Assembly: GCF_018350175.1 (NCBI RefSeq)
Contig: NC_058368.1
Span: 8,308,001 to 8,372,000 of the forward strand
Length of the DNA stretch: 64,000 bases
Direction of reading: 5' to 3'
Origin: Felis catus
Lineage: Eukaryota
The number at the start of each line of letters is the position of its first letter. The stretch's first letter is position 1. The notes beneath the pieces were generated by a model. That model had not been told where the DNA came from, made no database searches, and worked only from the letters and a program-made list of their open reading frames with translations. Positions 26,590 to 39,199 of this stretch are shown here, piece after piece. A program made the translations under genes and the position numbers.

Positions 26590-27692
26590 GAGCTAATATC
26601 TGCTGGTGGGCATCCGTGGATCCTCTTGGTGTCACCGTTTGTTCCAGCTGTTGTGGCAGCTACCGATTTCATGAGGCTTAGACCAGCTTTACTTCGGTAT
26701 AACCAGACACGACCTCACCTCGATTCTGCCCTGGGTGTCTCTTGTTTTCCTTCCTGAAGGAACATCGGATAGCGTGGCATGGAGTACCTATAGGAACTCT
26801 GGAAGAGTGGGTGAATTAAAACTCATGAGACCACCTTTGGCCAAAAGGAAATGGAAGCCAGTGCATAAAGAGGTTCTCCCTTTCTTCTTCCAGGAGGACA
26901 TATCTGAGATGCATTCTGTAAAAGCCTCTTCAAAAAGACTTAGTAGGATCTAATACCATTCACCCTTAGCAGTAGCCACCTCAGTAATGCTTCCATCATT
27001 AGTTTTCTATCCTTTCGTATTCTACAACTCCCTTCCAAATAACTGATTCTTGGGATCACTTGTCCAATAAGCTCCCTGAACACAAGGTTTTTTTGTTTGT
27101 TTCTTCCTTTCCAGACTCTGCTTTCAGAGGATTCCATGCAGTTCTAGAAGTAAGCAGATCCTCGGGATGGGATTTTGACTGGGTCCCTATTTCATTAGAC
27201 AGCAATAAGGACTCCTTTGCTAGTCTAAATTGAGAATGACAATCTTGGCATGCATTAGCATCACAATAACTAGGATTCTGATATGCAGAGGACAACCGTG
27301 AGAAATTGGGTAAATTTATGGCTTAGCAGTTTGGGGCAAAAATAATTACGAGGACTGAAGCATAGCCTCAGCGGGTCTCTCATATCAAAGTCGGGCCCTG
27401 ATGTGAAACAAGTGGGGTCTGGAATCTGAGATAGAGATATTTGCATTGGCAAGATTGACTCTTTAGAACCTCCAGACTTCCTAGAACCATCGGGACTGGT
27501 AGAAGCAGCCCCGTCCCTCTTGCTAGAGGACAGAAGTTTCTGCTGGCTTGATTGCCTGTTAAAATTTCACTGACTATAAAATGCCTCACAAACTTATGCT
27601 GTTCTCCTCGAAGTCCACTCACACCATCCCTCCACTGCCCCCAGGCTGGTATCCAGAGTCAGCTCTCAGCTCAGCCTGAGCAGAAAAATAGC

Positions 27693-27743
<51 letters not shown>

Positions 27744-28450
27744 TTTTGTAGTTTTTCATAGTGGTATGTGTGCTATTGGTTTAGATGGGTGGTACTGTGT
27801 AATCAATAGCCAAAGTATATTGGTCCAGGAACCATTTGGTAGAACTAGACCCTCTTACCAACACTCTCAGTGACCCACTCATGCTTCCTGTGAAACCTTG
27901 AACTTTGTGGGATTAGAGGCCCGGACTCACTGTAATAATTCCACTGAGCTTGAAGCTACAACTACCATCTGGTCACTCTGAGATTCCCATGGCCATAGGC
28001 CAACAGGCAAGGGGGAGGAGTTACTGTTCTGGCAGGAGATATTGATCCTGGTTATCACAAGGAGCTAGAATTGTTGCTATACAGTGGAGACAAAAAAGAT
28101 AGTATGCCTGGGACTCACTGGGCACCTTTTGGGGCTTCCATGCCCAGCAACGTAGCAACGAGTGGGCCATTGTAGCGGTCATGGCTTAACCCAGGCAAAA
28201 CGACTAAGAGTCAGGACCCTAGGGAGGAAGGTCAGGTTACCCCAGCAACCTAGCCTGGTCAGAGTCCCAGCAGAGGTAAAGAAAATCTAGAATGAGAATT
28301 AGAGGAAGAAGATGCTGATTCTCAGTGACCTTCTAGGGAACAGATGCCACAGAAGAGACCGTAGCTTGTTCCACTAACTGACTGTGTATTAACTCTTCAT
28401 AGAAATGACTGCCGGCCACCGCCATAAAGGGAATCCTGTGATCGACTGGA
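26590..28450 (+). mobile_element. Degraded ERVL-class provirus: LTR-like part (~26.6-27.14 kb) plus internal fragments
   Basis: LTR16/33-like phrases, then a translatable fossil LKLQLPSGH...GVTVLAGDIDPGYHKELELLLYSG at ~27950-28090 resembling ERVL dUTPase. Confidence 0.65.
27696..27739. repeat. (CA)n microsatellite
   Basis: Direct reading. Confidence 0.98.
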
Positions 28451-28574
28451 CTTAATGGAAAGTGTAAGAGATGTGAGTGGTGCACTGGGACGTATCTCAG
28501 ATGCATTTTATCAGAACCCAGAAAGTTTGAGCATAAGTCATCTGGAACAGTGACTAACTCTATAATGAGTCTTT

Positions 28575-28880
28575 TAAAATTCAGTATTTGTATAGATTGT
28601 GAAATGATCACCACAATAAGTCTAGGTAACATCCATCACCACACATAGCTACAAACCTTATTTTTCTTGTGATGAGTTCTTTTAAGATCTACTCTCTTAG
28701 CACCTTTCAAATATGCACCACGGTATTATTGACTGTAGTCACCATGCTGTATATTACATGCCCAGGACGTATTTAGTTTATAAGTGGAAGTTGTACCTTT
28801 CAATCCCCTTTCCCCGTTTCCCCCACCCCTCCACCCCTTACCTCTGGCAACCACAATCTGTTCTGTCTATGAGCCCTTCT
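28575..28880 (-). mobile_element. L1 3' end (L1MA-like)
   Basis: TTGTGAAATGATCACCACAATAAGTCTAG...TTTAAGATCTACTCTCTTAGCA...CCTCTGGCAACCAC. Confidence 0.85.
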
Positions 28881-28949
28881 GTTGTTGTTTAACAACGGCT
28901 TTTAATGTTGAGACCTCTTAGTTAATTAAGACTCTAAGGGCTACCTAAT

Positions 28950-31018
28950 TACAAAAAGACCCACCCATCAATAAAAGAAGTCCAGAAGGAAACCAAATAC
29001 AATTTCTAAATAAAAAAATATCAAATATAGGAGGAAAGCACCCACAACCAGTGAGAGTGAGCAGGAAAAACAAATAATATTACTAGACCCCCCCAAGGAC
29101 TTCAGGTATCGGAATGATCAAATGTAAAAAAGTTCGAAGTATCCCTAACAGGTTTGCTAAAATTAAGCAGAGCATCAAAAATATGAGAAAAGAATAAAAG
29201 ATGATAAAATAAACACACATACATTTGAAAAGGAACCAACTAGAATGTGAAGAAATGAAAACAAAAACATTAAGAAATGAAGAAGAATCAAAGAGAACAT
29301 TAAGAAAGGTTTAAGGAATGAAACTAATGTGAACAGACACTATTAACGAGAAATGTGTGAGGTGGAATGGAGGTGTGAAAGAATTGTAAAGGGTCCAGAC
29401 AGAGAGGAGAGGGCAGAGAGAAAAAGAAATGGTTAGTAAGAAAACAGACCAAGAGATACTAGAATAAGAAAGTACATGTGCATTCAGTTGGAACTCCAGA
29501 AGGATAGAATGGGGAAAATCAGCATGAGGAGATAGTATTGCAGAACTCCCCAAAATTGGTAAAAGACAAGAATTCTTAGACACAGGAGGCACAGTAAATC
29601 ACAAACAGGAAGAATAAAACAAAATCTGCACCTAGATGTGAAGAAGCGAATTGCAGAACAATGAAGACGATGGGAAGATCTTCAAAGCAGATGGAGAGGA
29701 GACAAGTCATGCCCAAAGGAATAGCACCTGGACTGGTAGCCAACTTCACCAAAGCAGCAATGGAAGCCGGGAGAGAAAGTAATTGTTAACCTAGAATCGT
29801 AGGCATGGATGACAACTGTGCAGACATGGAAATGAAATAAAGATATCTTCAGGGAATCAGACTGGGAGGTGTTTATTGCCGGTAAGCATTCACAAAGGAA
29901 TTCTTGATGATGTACTCCAGAAAGAAGGAAATGGATCCCAGAAGGAAGATCTGAGCTTCGAGAAGGACTGGTAAGCAAACACTGACTATAAAATAATAAT
30001 AACACTGTCTAATTTGCATTGTAAAAAATCCACTGACATATTGCATGAGATCATATGGCAGGGAGTAAATGGAGTTTAATCGCTCAAAAGTCCTTTATTG
30101 TTCATTAGAAGCACAGAGACATAAAAAATTAGAATTTCCAGTTACCTATCCATGTTAATTGTTTAAGGCTAACTACTGGAAGAAAGAAAATAGAGTGTAT
30201 AACTTCTATAACAGGAAATATAAAACAATGAAGATTTTCTCTCAATCTAACGGAGACAGAAAAGAAAAAAAGAAGATGTGAAATAAGCAAAGACCAATAG
30301 AAAGCACAAATTATATGGTTCAATTACATAAAAATGATACAATTCCAAAGTAATTATATAAGTAATTACATAAGTAATTAAATGAGGTATATTCACAAAT
30401 GAAAAGACAGATGTCGTTAGGCTGACTAGAAATAACCAGAGATTGCAAATTTATAGAGAACACACCCAATACAACACTGAGAGGGTAAAAGACAGAAAAA
30501 GATAGATATATGGCTATTATTAACCCAGAGGAAGCTTCTCTGGCAATACTTATATCAGAAGAAAATATAAGGTAAAAAGCATTAGCGAGAAAGAGAGCCA
30601 CTGCATAGTGTAAAAATATATGGGCTGTCTAACATTTGGGTACTTGTTTGCCCCTAATAACATAGCTTCTGTGTACATAGAGCAGCAGCTGTAAAGAGAA
30701 ATGGACAAATTCAGCATTATAGCTGGAGATTTCAACATTCCCCATCAGTAACTGAGAGCTGTTGGAGACAAAATATTAGAGAAGATACAGAATATTTGGA
30801 CTGCAAATTTAAAAGCTCAACCCGGTGAACACACTTAGAAACCTGAACCTAAAAATTAGAAGATACACATTGTTCTGAAGAGCATGGCATATTTATGAAA
30901 AGGGTACAAAGCAAGTCTCCATCAACTTCAAAGAGTCTGTATCAAACAGACCATGTTTTCTGGCCACGGTGTAAATAAACTAGAAGCGAATCTCTAAAAG
31001 ATATCTAAAAAAGCTTCT
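28950..31018 (+). mobile_element. Ancient L1 (decayed ORF1 to ORF2 endonuclease region); resumes at ~34121-34800
   Basis: A-rich L1M-like sequence (GCTGGAGATTTCAACATTCC, AAAGCAAGTCTC) that reads on across the younger L1 insert. Confidence 0.75.
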
Positions 31019-31026
31019 TATGTTTA

Positions 31027-31430
31027 CTATCAATGAGTTTCTTTCTGTTTGTGATTAATTGATTTATATATTTGGGTCCTTTCACATTTGGAGCATAAAT
31101 GTTTATAATTGTTAGGGCTTCTTGGTGGATAGACCCCATTATGATATTATGCCCTTCATCTCTTGATACAGTCTTTATTTTAAAGTCTAGATTGTCTGAT
31201 ATAAGTATGGCTACTCCGGCTTTCTTTTGTTGACCATTAGCATGATAGATGGTTCTCCATCCCCTTGCTTTCAATCTGAAGGTGTCTTTAGGTCTAAAGT
31301 GGGTCTCTTGTAAACAGCATATAGATGGATATTGTTTTCTTATCCATTCTGTTACCCTATGTCTTTTGATTGGAGCATTGAGTCCACTGATGTTTAGAGT
31401 GAGTACTGAAAGATATGAATTTATTGCCAT
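31027..31430 (-). pseudogene. Truncated L1 ORF2 (APE-like endonuclease N-terminus)
   Basis: TLNISGLNAPIKR...ICCLQETH...KKAGVAILISD...INIYAPN; L1 similarity ends at ..KKLIDS. Confidence 0.95.
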
Positions 31431-31540
31431 TATGTTGCTTGTAGAGTTGGAGTTTCTGGTGGTGTTCTCTGGTCCTTTCTAATCTTTGTTTCTTTTGGTC
31501 TTTATTTATTTATGTATTTATTTTTTCATCTTTTCTCTCC

Positions 31541-32421
31541 TCAGAGAGTCCCCCTTAAAACTTCTTGCAGGGCTGGTTTAGTGGTCACAAACTCCTTTAA
31601 TTTTTGTTTGTCTGGGAAACCTTTTATCTCTCCTTCTGTTTTGAATGACAGCCTTGCTGGATAAAGAATTCTTGGCTGCATATTTTTCTGATTCAGCACA
31701 TTGAATATATCCTGCCACTCCTTTCTGGCCTGCCAAGTTTCTGTGGATAGGTCTGCTGCAAGCCTGATCTGTCTTCCCTTGTAGGTTAAGGACTTTTTTT
31801 CCCTTGCTGCTTTCATGATTCTCTCCTTGCCTGTGTATTTTGTGAATTTGACTATGATGTGCCTTGTTGATGGTCGGTTTTTGTTGAATCTTATGGGAGT
31901 CCTCTGTGCTTCCTGGATTTTGATGTCCGTGTCTTTCCCCAGGTTAGGACAGTTTTCCGCTATGATTTTCTCACATAACCCTTCTACCCCTATTTCTCTT
32001 TCTTCCTCTTCTATGACCCCTATGATTCTGATGTTGTTCCTTTTTAATGAGTCACTGATTTCTCTAATTCTTAAGTCGTGCTCTTTGCCTTAATCTCCCT
32101 CTTTTTTTCTGCTTCATTTTTCTCCATAAGTTTGTCCTCTATATCGCTGATTCTCTGTTCTGCCTCATCCATCCTTGCCTCTGTGGCATCCATTCGAGAT
32201 TGCAGCTCAGTTATAGCATTTTTTATTTCATCCTGACTAGCTTTTACTTCTTTTATCTCTGCAGAAAGGGATTCTAATCTATTTTCAACTCCAGCTAGTA
32301 TTCTTACTATCGTGATTCTAAATTCTGGTTCAGACATCTTGCTTGTATCTATGTTGGTTAAGTCCCTGGCTGTTGTTTCTTCCCACTCTTATTTTGGGGG
32401 TGAATTCCTTCATTTTGTCAT
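31541..32421 (-). pseudogene. Disrupted L1 ORF1
   Basis: ATG ACA AAA TGA early stop; coiled-coil piece 32071-32337; C-terminal piece (QPRILYPARLSF...KPALQEVL) 31541-31816; frameshift between them. Confidence 0.93.
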
Positions 32422-34427
32422 TTTGAAGGGAGAAAAGGGATTTATGAGGTAGAAAAAATTAAAATAAAACAATAAAATTAAAAAAATATTAAAATTAAAA
32501 AATTAAAAACACACACACACAAAATCGAATAAATGATGCTAGATTCTAGTTGTGTTTTGGTCTGGGTATTGAAAGTGGTTTGATAGATTAGAGAAAAAAA
32601 GGGGAAGAATAGAAAAAAAAAAGGAAATCGTTTGAAAATGTGAAAAAATGAACACACTGAATGAAGTAGACGAAAATGAAATGATCGAAGTAAAATAGAA
32701 TTTGAAAAAATTTACACAAAAGTAAGAAATATAGTAGAAAAAATTAAAAATTAAAGAAAAATATTTTTAATAAAAATTGAAAATAAAAATGAATTTTTTC
32801 TCTTTCTGTATTCAAGAAAAAGAAAAGAAACAACAAAGATTAAAAAAAAAAAGAAAATTGAAGAGTTGGACCAGCTAACAGACCGAAATATGACTGAAAT
32901 TACTTCATTTTCCCCTAGAAGTCAAACTATGAAGTGCTTTATAGTCCATAAACTAAGCAGGCAGTGAGACCTGGGCGGGACTTAGCGTAATGGCTCCGTC
33001 CTCCACTAGATGGCGCTGCTAGCCTACTGGGGTGGATTGTTGCGGCGCTCATAGGTGTGTATGCGCATGCGCGGGAGCGGTGAAAATGGCGTCACCCAGG
33101 TACCCAGTCTCTAGTATCGGAACTCCATTCTCCCCGATCAGCAATCACGCACCCGTCTTTGGCTTCCGTCCACTCCCCGTTTCCACACCGTCCGTGACCA
33201 AGCCCCAGGCAGCACCTCCCTCCCGAGTTTTGTCTCAGATGCGGCTGCCATCCCCGGCCCCCCGCTTCTGAGGGACTCTGACTTTGACCCGCTCCGCCCC
33301 TCTGTGGAGGGTCTCACCGAGCAATGCCCGAATGAGCAATGGCCGAATGTCGGCTGCACCCAGGAACGCTTGCTGGACCCTGCTGCTGTCGGTGCCCCGA
33401 GACTGCGGCCAGGTGCCAGCCCGTCCCAGCAAAAGTTCGCGAGACAGTGTAGCAGCAGCATTTCAGGGATTATGGAAAATCACAACCCACATCTGGCACC
33501 AGGCTTCACCCTTAACGACCTTGTTCCAGCACCAGCGAATGTGGCTGCCTTCTGGGGTCTTCTGGGACCAGGTGGCTTCAACAGTCTCTACCACTCCTTC
33601 CAGCAGTGGAACCCCTTTTCCCCGTGTGGCCTGAGAACCTCCTGGACCCACTCTGCTCCTGGGGATTTGCCCTTCCCCCCAGAGCATCACCAGGCATCGA
33701 GCTGTGGAGTTGCAGACTCTGTGCTTCCCTTGTTTATAGTCTTAATGCAATTTAAACTCTCTCCTTTCTCCTGCCTCCTTTTTTAGTTTAGTCCCTGTGG
33801 CTGTTTGTAATTTTCCACTTTCTCTCCAGCTGCTTTTGGGAAGGGGTGCTTTTCCCATATTCTCCCCCGCCCCCTTCTCCGTCTTCTCTCTGCGTGCAAA
33901 AGCAGCTCCCTGCCCGCCACGGCTTCTCGCTCCCCAAGTTCACCTCTCCACACCGTGTACCTGCTGAATTCTGTGGTTCAGGTTGTGCAGATTGTTGTGT
34001 TAATCCTCCGATCGGTTTTCTAGGTGTGCAGGATGGTTTCGTGTTGGTCTGGCTGTATTTCATGGACACGAGACACAAAACACTTCCATGCTGTTCTGCC
34101 ATCTTGGCTCCTCCCCCTCATATGTTTAGAAAGTAAAAAGACACTTCTGAATAACCCACGGGTCAAAAAAGTGATTGAAATGGCAGTTAAGAACTTATGA
34201 TTTAATGATCTCAAAAACACACATAAAAAAATGTGTGGGGAGTTTATTTGAAAAAAGAAAGACTGAAAAAAATTAATGGGCTAAGCTTTCAACTGAGAAG
34301 TTAGAAAAAGAACCACAGAATAAACCCAAAGAACACAGAGGAGAGGAAATAATGGTAATCAGAGCAGAAATTAATAAAATTGTAAATAAAATACAGTAGA
34401 ATCAATAAAGTCAAAAGACAAAAGGGA

Positions 34428-34655
34428 GGGGCACCTGGGTGGCTCAGTGGGTTAAACGTCTGATTCTTGGTTTCCACTCAGGTCATGATCTCGCAGTTTC
34501 GTGGGTTTGAGCCCCGCATTGGGCTCTGTGCTGGTGGCACAGAGCCTGCATGGGATTCTCTCTCTCCCTCTCCCTCTCTGCTGCTCCCCTGCTCATGCTG
34601 TCGCTGTCTCTCTCAAAATAAATAAATGAACTTAAAGAATTAAAAAAAAAAAAGA
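34428..34655 (+). mobile_element. Can-SINE
   Basis: Head and tail; AAAAGACAAA(A)GGGAG on both flanks. Confidence 0.93.
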
Positions 34656-35040
34656 CAAAGGGGAGACAGACCTTAGGCAGAATGAACCAAAAAAAAAAAA
34701 AAAAGGCACATCTACACAATACTGGAAAAAAAATGGATGCAACTTCAGAAATAGCAAATATTTAAAATTAATTAAGAAAATACTCTGACCTTATATCAGT
34801 TATGGGGGATACAGAGAAGTGTGGCCCGGGCTCCCCTTCCCTGAAGGGCCTGTTGCCTCAGCTGCTAGGAACCCAGTGAGCAGCTACCTCTGGCTGGCCC
34901 CTTCAGCGCCTGGAGAGAGCCTCCTGGCCCAAGAGCGCACCTTCCTCAGAGAGTCCCACAGCCGGCGACTGACATGGGCGGGGACGTGAAGATCCGGCCA
35001 TTTAGCCTAGTCTGGGACAACTCTGCCCGTGTCACATACG

Positions 35041-35699
35041 CAGTAGTGTGCTCTTAAGTGTTGGGCTTCTCGGGGCTGGGTGGGAAACCCAACTTCTGTG
35101 GTGTAAATATCACCCTCCATGATTTCAAGCTTCCAGAGGAATAGCACTAAATGTGGAGTTGGAAAGGGATCCCTAACAGCACACTATCAGATAGTACTGC
35201 CACCATACGGATAGGCTGGCTATAATTAAACTCAAGAACACGTGCACATGGAGCAAAGTAATGGAATTCATGAGCGTTTATTAACTTCGTTTTTAATATT
35301 ATATATTGTATACAGTGTATATATGTAGCTACAGATAGATAAAACACTGTAAGTTTATATAACTTAATCTTAAAATTTTTTTTAATGTTCATTTTACTTT
35401 TTGAGCGAGAGAGAGACAGAGCATGAGCAGGGGAGGGGCAGAGAGAGAGGGAGACACAGGATCCGAAGCAGGGTCCAGGCTCCGAGCTGTAGGCACAGAG
35501 CCCGATGCGGGGCTCGGACTCACAAACCGTGAGATTGTGACCTGAGCCGAAGTCGGACGCTCAACCGACGGAGCCACCCAGGCGCTCCTATCATTTAATC
35601 TTTAGTAATGGCTGTGTTTAACAACTGGCTCACAGAATTCCTAGGAATGGGACAATTTGTGCTTCCGGGCTGGAACCAGCAGGCTCTAGCACACCGCTC
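35041..35699 (-). mobile_element. hAT DNA transposon (MER63-like) containing a SINE
   Basis: Termini CAGTAGTGTGCT / AGCACACCGCT; internal GTGGTGTAAATA..GATTTCAAGCT and TAATGGCTGTGTTTAACAACTGGCTC. Confidence 0.75.
35375..35588 (-). mobile_element. Can-SINE
   Basis: Reverse head GAGCCACCCAGGCGCTCC. Confidence 0.94.
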
Positions 35700-35847
35700 T
35701 GTATGTGCTTACAGCTCCCGGAGGGTTTGGCTGAGGCTTTGTTGGGCGCAACTCAATCTGATTTCTCTCTTTGTCCAATAATCCTGGTTCCCTGCCCTCC
35801 TCGCAGGCACCGAACCCTAATAACGTCCTGCTGTGCGGCAAATGGAT

Positions 35848-36219
35848 TGCGGTGGTCTGAATGTTTACGTCCCCCCAAAGTCATGTGTTGGAACCTAACT
35901 TCCGATGTACTGGTATTTGGAGGTGGAGCCCCTGGGGGGTGATTAGGTCATGAGGGGGGGAGCTCTGGAGCACAGACAGAGTGGGGTGCTGGAGCCCGCC
36001 TGTACCAGCCTCAAGCGCAAACTGTTCCATTTCTAGGAATTCCGTGAGCCCTTCTGGAAGAGACTCCAGAGGGCTCCCTTACCCTTCCCATCCTGTGAGG
36101 TGACCGCAAAAGGGTGGCTCTCTAGGAAGCGGGCCCTTACCAGACGCCGAAGAAATAAACACATGTTGTATATAAACCACCCGGCGTATGGTATTGTTGC
36201 AGCAGCCTGAACTAGGACA
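35848..36219. mobile_element. MaLR LTR (MLT1A-like)
   Basis: TGCGGTGGTCTGAATGTTT...GGTATTTGGAGGTGG...GATTAGGTCATGAGGG...GCAGCCTGAACTAGGACA. Confidence 0.8.
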
Positions 36220-39199
36220 CCGGTCTCCTGCCGAGTGTCGTTCTGACTTGCAAACACCACTCTACCCTTCCTTCCTTTGTCTTTTTCCACTGGCATTTCA
36301 GCAATGTGGAATTGCACCAGGCAGATGTCCCTGGCTGACCCACGTGCCCCTCAGCGTGGCGAGGCAACGGGGAAGATACCCCTGACACCTGCAAGGGCAG
36401 GCACTTTTGATGCCCTTGCCCACATCTCCTCGGCTCCCCTGACCCACAGCTCTGACGGACGTGCCTTGCGAGCCCGGACTCCAGTTGTGTCCCACTCACT
36501 CTGTACATCTGCCATGAGTCTCTCTGTGTTTCGGCCTCAAGATCGCTGCTAAAGCCCTGGGTGCCCGGAAGTGTGTGGGAGTTAAAGCAAGCCCCAAAGA
36601 CAATTCCAGTTCACGGACAACAGGAGCCAGGTGGTAAGTGTTTAGCCCACATCTTTGCGGTGACAAATCTGGGAGAACCGTGAAAACTTCTCAGACATCG
36701 CATTGGTATTGCCCCCAAGCAGGGACCTTGATGACACAGTGAGATGGCACACCTTTCTGTTGTCTCTTCATACTTCCCTGTCTTGGTTTTTCAATGTCAA
36801 CACTCCTGCTCCTTGGCTTAGCTACCGAAATAATCTCTCTGCATCCAAGTCCTTCTATCAGGTTCTGCTTTGGGAGAGGGGTGGAGGAAATCTATGCTAA
36901 GACACCTGCTGATCATTTTTTTTTTTTCCTCAAGAGAATACTCTACTCTTCTGTTCATAGCTTCTAAATACAGGCATGACCGCATGTCAAAATGGGACTT
37001 GTCTTGGAATAAACTGCTGGGAACAATAGGTGGCTGTGCCAGTTTGGGACCTCTGAGAGGCAGATGCCAAGAAGGATTAGATGTGGGAAAGAAATGTTGA
37101 GAAAACACCTGCCCAGGGTGGTGCGGGCAGGAGGGGGAGGCTGGCATGTAAGCGAGGACAGCCTTCAGCCTGTTCAAGGCTGGCACCTGCGAAGGGAGAG
37201 CGGGAAGGGGGGAAGATTGGGTGCGAGGAGCTTCAGAGTGTAGCCATATCTTGAGAGAGCATTCGCAGGGTGGTGGGGAGTTCTGGAACCAAGGCCGAGC
37301 GTCAGATCAGTCCTCCATCAGGCAGCAATGGCCCAGTGCTAGCGATGCCCTCATGCTCAGCCACGCAGGGGGACGTATGACCTTGGCGTGAGTGCTGTGG
37401 TAGGCTGGAAGGGGTAAGAGCTGGACGCTGTGATTACTGAGTGAAGGTTCTGCCATTTTCAGCCCAAATTTAAGGAAAAGGGGACAGTGATCCAGGGAGA
37501 AGATTGGCAGTGAGAATCACGGGGTGCTTTGAGGGACAGGGGGAGACCCCAGCCACTTCATTCAAAGACAGACATGCTTCTGGAGAACGACTTGGAGAGC
37601 CTGGCATGTTTCACTGGGGGTTCGAGGACGTACACCAACCCAGAGATGGCCGCTTGAATCCCGCATTAGAAACTTCAAGGAGAGAGACTCACCGGAGCCC
37701 GTGACCAGAGAAAGAGGGCGGGGGTGCGGCGCAGTGCCGTGACCTGCACTTCTAGCTGGATTGGCAAACACACCACCTGTCCTCTGTGGGTCAGCGCGGC
37801 CGTGGTGGAAGCTAGCCAGGTCAGCCTGCCGGAGCTTGGGGACTCCGCAGAAGGTCTGTGCGAGGAGGACCACCGGAGAAGCTGACCTGGAAGGGAGGAC
37901 CAGGGCAGGGTTCAGGGGACGTCCCCCACCTTGCCATCCTGGCAGAACCAGCCTTCACAGAGCCGGCTGGAGGGTGTAGGACAAAGAAGGAAAAGATGTT
38001 TCCATTCCCTAGACGCAGGCTTCTGAGCTGGGGTCATACCCAGCTGGTGGGTGTCGCGGGGGGAATGGGGAAGGCTTAGGTGGAATGAGACTACAGTTTT
38101 GATTTCGATTGGACTGGACTTTGGAATACTGGGGAATCAGCCTGTTTGTTAACACTTGAAAGCGACAGAAAAAGCTATGAAATCTGCCCCAGATTCTTCC
38201 AGAGGAGAAGGGAGATCTGATAGAATGATTTCAAAAGGCCGCGTGGAAAAAAGGTGCTGCTTCATGATTTCCCCTCACCAAGTAGTGCAGCTTGTTAAAA
38301 AGTTGACTTGCATAAAACACTGCTTAACAGGGAAAACGACACCATTTCATTTTTATGCTGGGAAACGTTTATTCCTCTGCGCTTGAACCACAGGGAGTAG
38401 CTCTCCGATCTCCGTTGCCTTTTTAAACCTTCTAGGTGCACTGCTTAGGGAGGCCAAGAGCATTTCAGGCAGGACTGGGACAATCTTTGAGGAGCCCGTG
38501 TATTTGTTTATAAGTCAGGATGTTATCCGTCAAGTTCTCCAGAACCCCTCGAACAGTGTTAGGCACAGACACAAACCTGAGTCTAGAAGGAAACGCCTGC
38601 CTTTTTTCTACAGCCATTTCCAGGGATCAACTTTGGGTTCCTCGTGCATCAGGAATCCCACCGCCCTCCCAAGCTTTTCCCCTCCGCTGACCCCGAATTC
38701 CTCCTGCTGCCTAGAATGGGAAGCTGCCCCCTCTTCGGTCCTAAGAGAAATCCAGCAGATCCCGCTCCTCCAAGCCGCCCCCCCCCCCAGTCTTACTCCT
38801 TCCTGCCCCGGGGGGCGGGGCCCGGGGGTCGCAGGGTCGCCCGCCGAGCGCGGCGGCGCCGAAGGGCCGCCTCCCCCCGGGCCCGCACGGAGCTGCAGCG
38901 GGACGGCGCGCGCACCGAGGCCCCGCGGCCGGCAGAGGGCGCTGCGGCTCCCCGGCGGCGCGGCTGCGGTCTGCGGGGCGCCGGGCCGGGAGGAGGCGCC
39001 CGGGCCCCGGCGTGCGCGTCTCGGGGCGGCCGGGAGGGGGTGCGCGCCTCTGCCGCCCCGCGCCGCCCTCCCGCGCGGGCCCGCTCGCCTCCCCGGGGGC
39101 TGTCACCGCCGACCGCACCTCGCGAGCGAGGCGCGCGGGTGGCGCGGCGCGCTCCGAGCCTCGGGCTTCGCCGCCGCCCGCCCCGCCGCCCGTCTTTGT

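Larger units (their letters stand above)
31027..34120 (-). mobile_element. Felid/carnivore L1: 5'UTR, ORF1 and the start of ORF2, 3'-truncated
   Basis: 5' end GGGGAGGAGCCAAGATGGC; ORF1 and ORF2 peptides; direct repeat TATGTTTA at 31019-31026 and 34121-34128. Confidence 0.95.
34810..35845. mobile_element. LTR16-like ERVL LTR split by a MER63-like element
   Basis: LTR-like phrases at 34810-35030 resume at ~35700-35845. Confidence 0.55.

Noticed and set aside
32440..32860. Long A-rich tract that could be an L1 poly(A) tail
   Set aside because: It lies inside the minus-strand L1 5'UTR (T-rich in sense), between the promoter and ORF1
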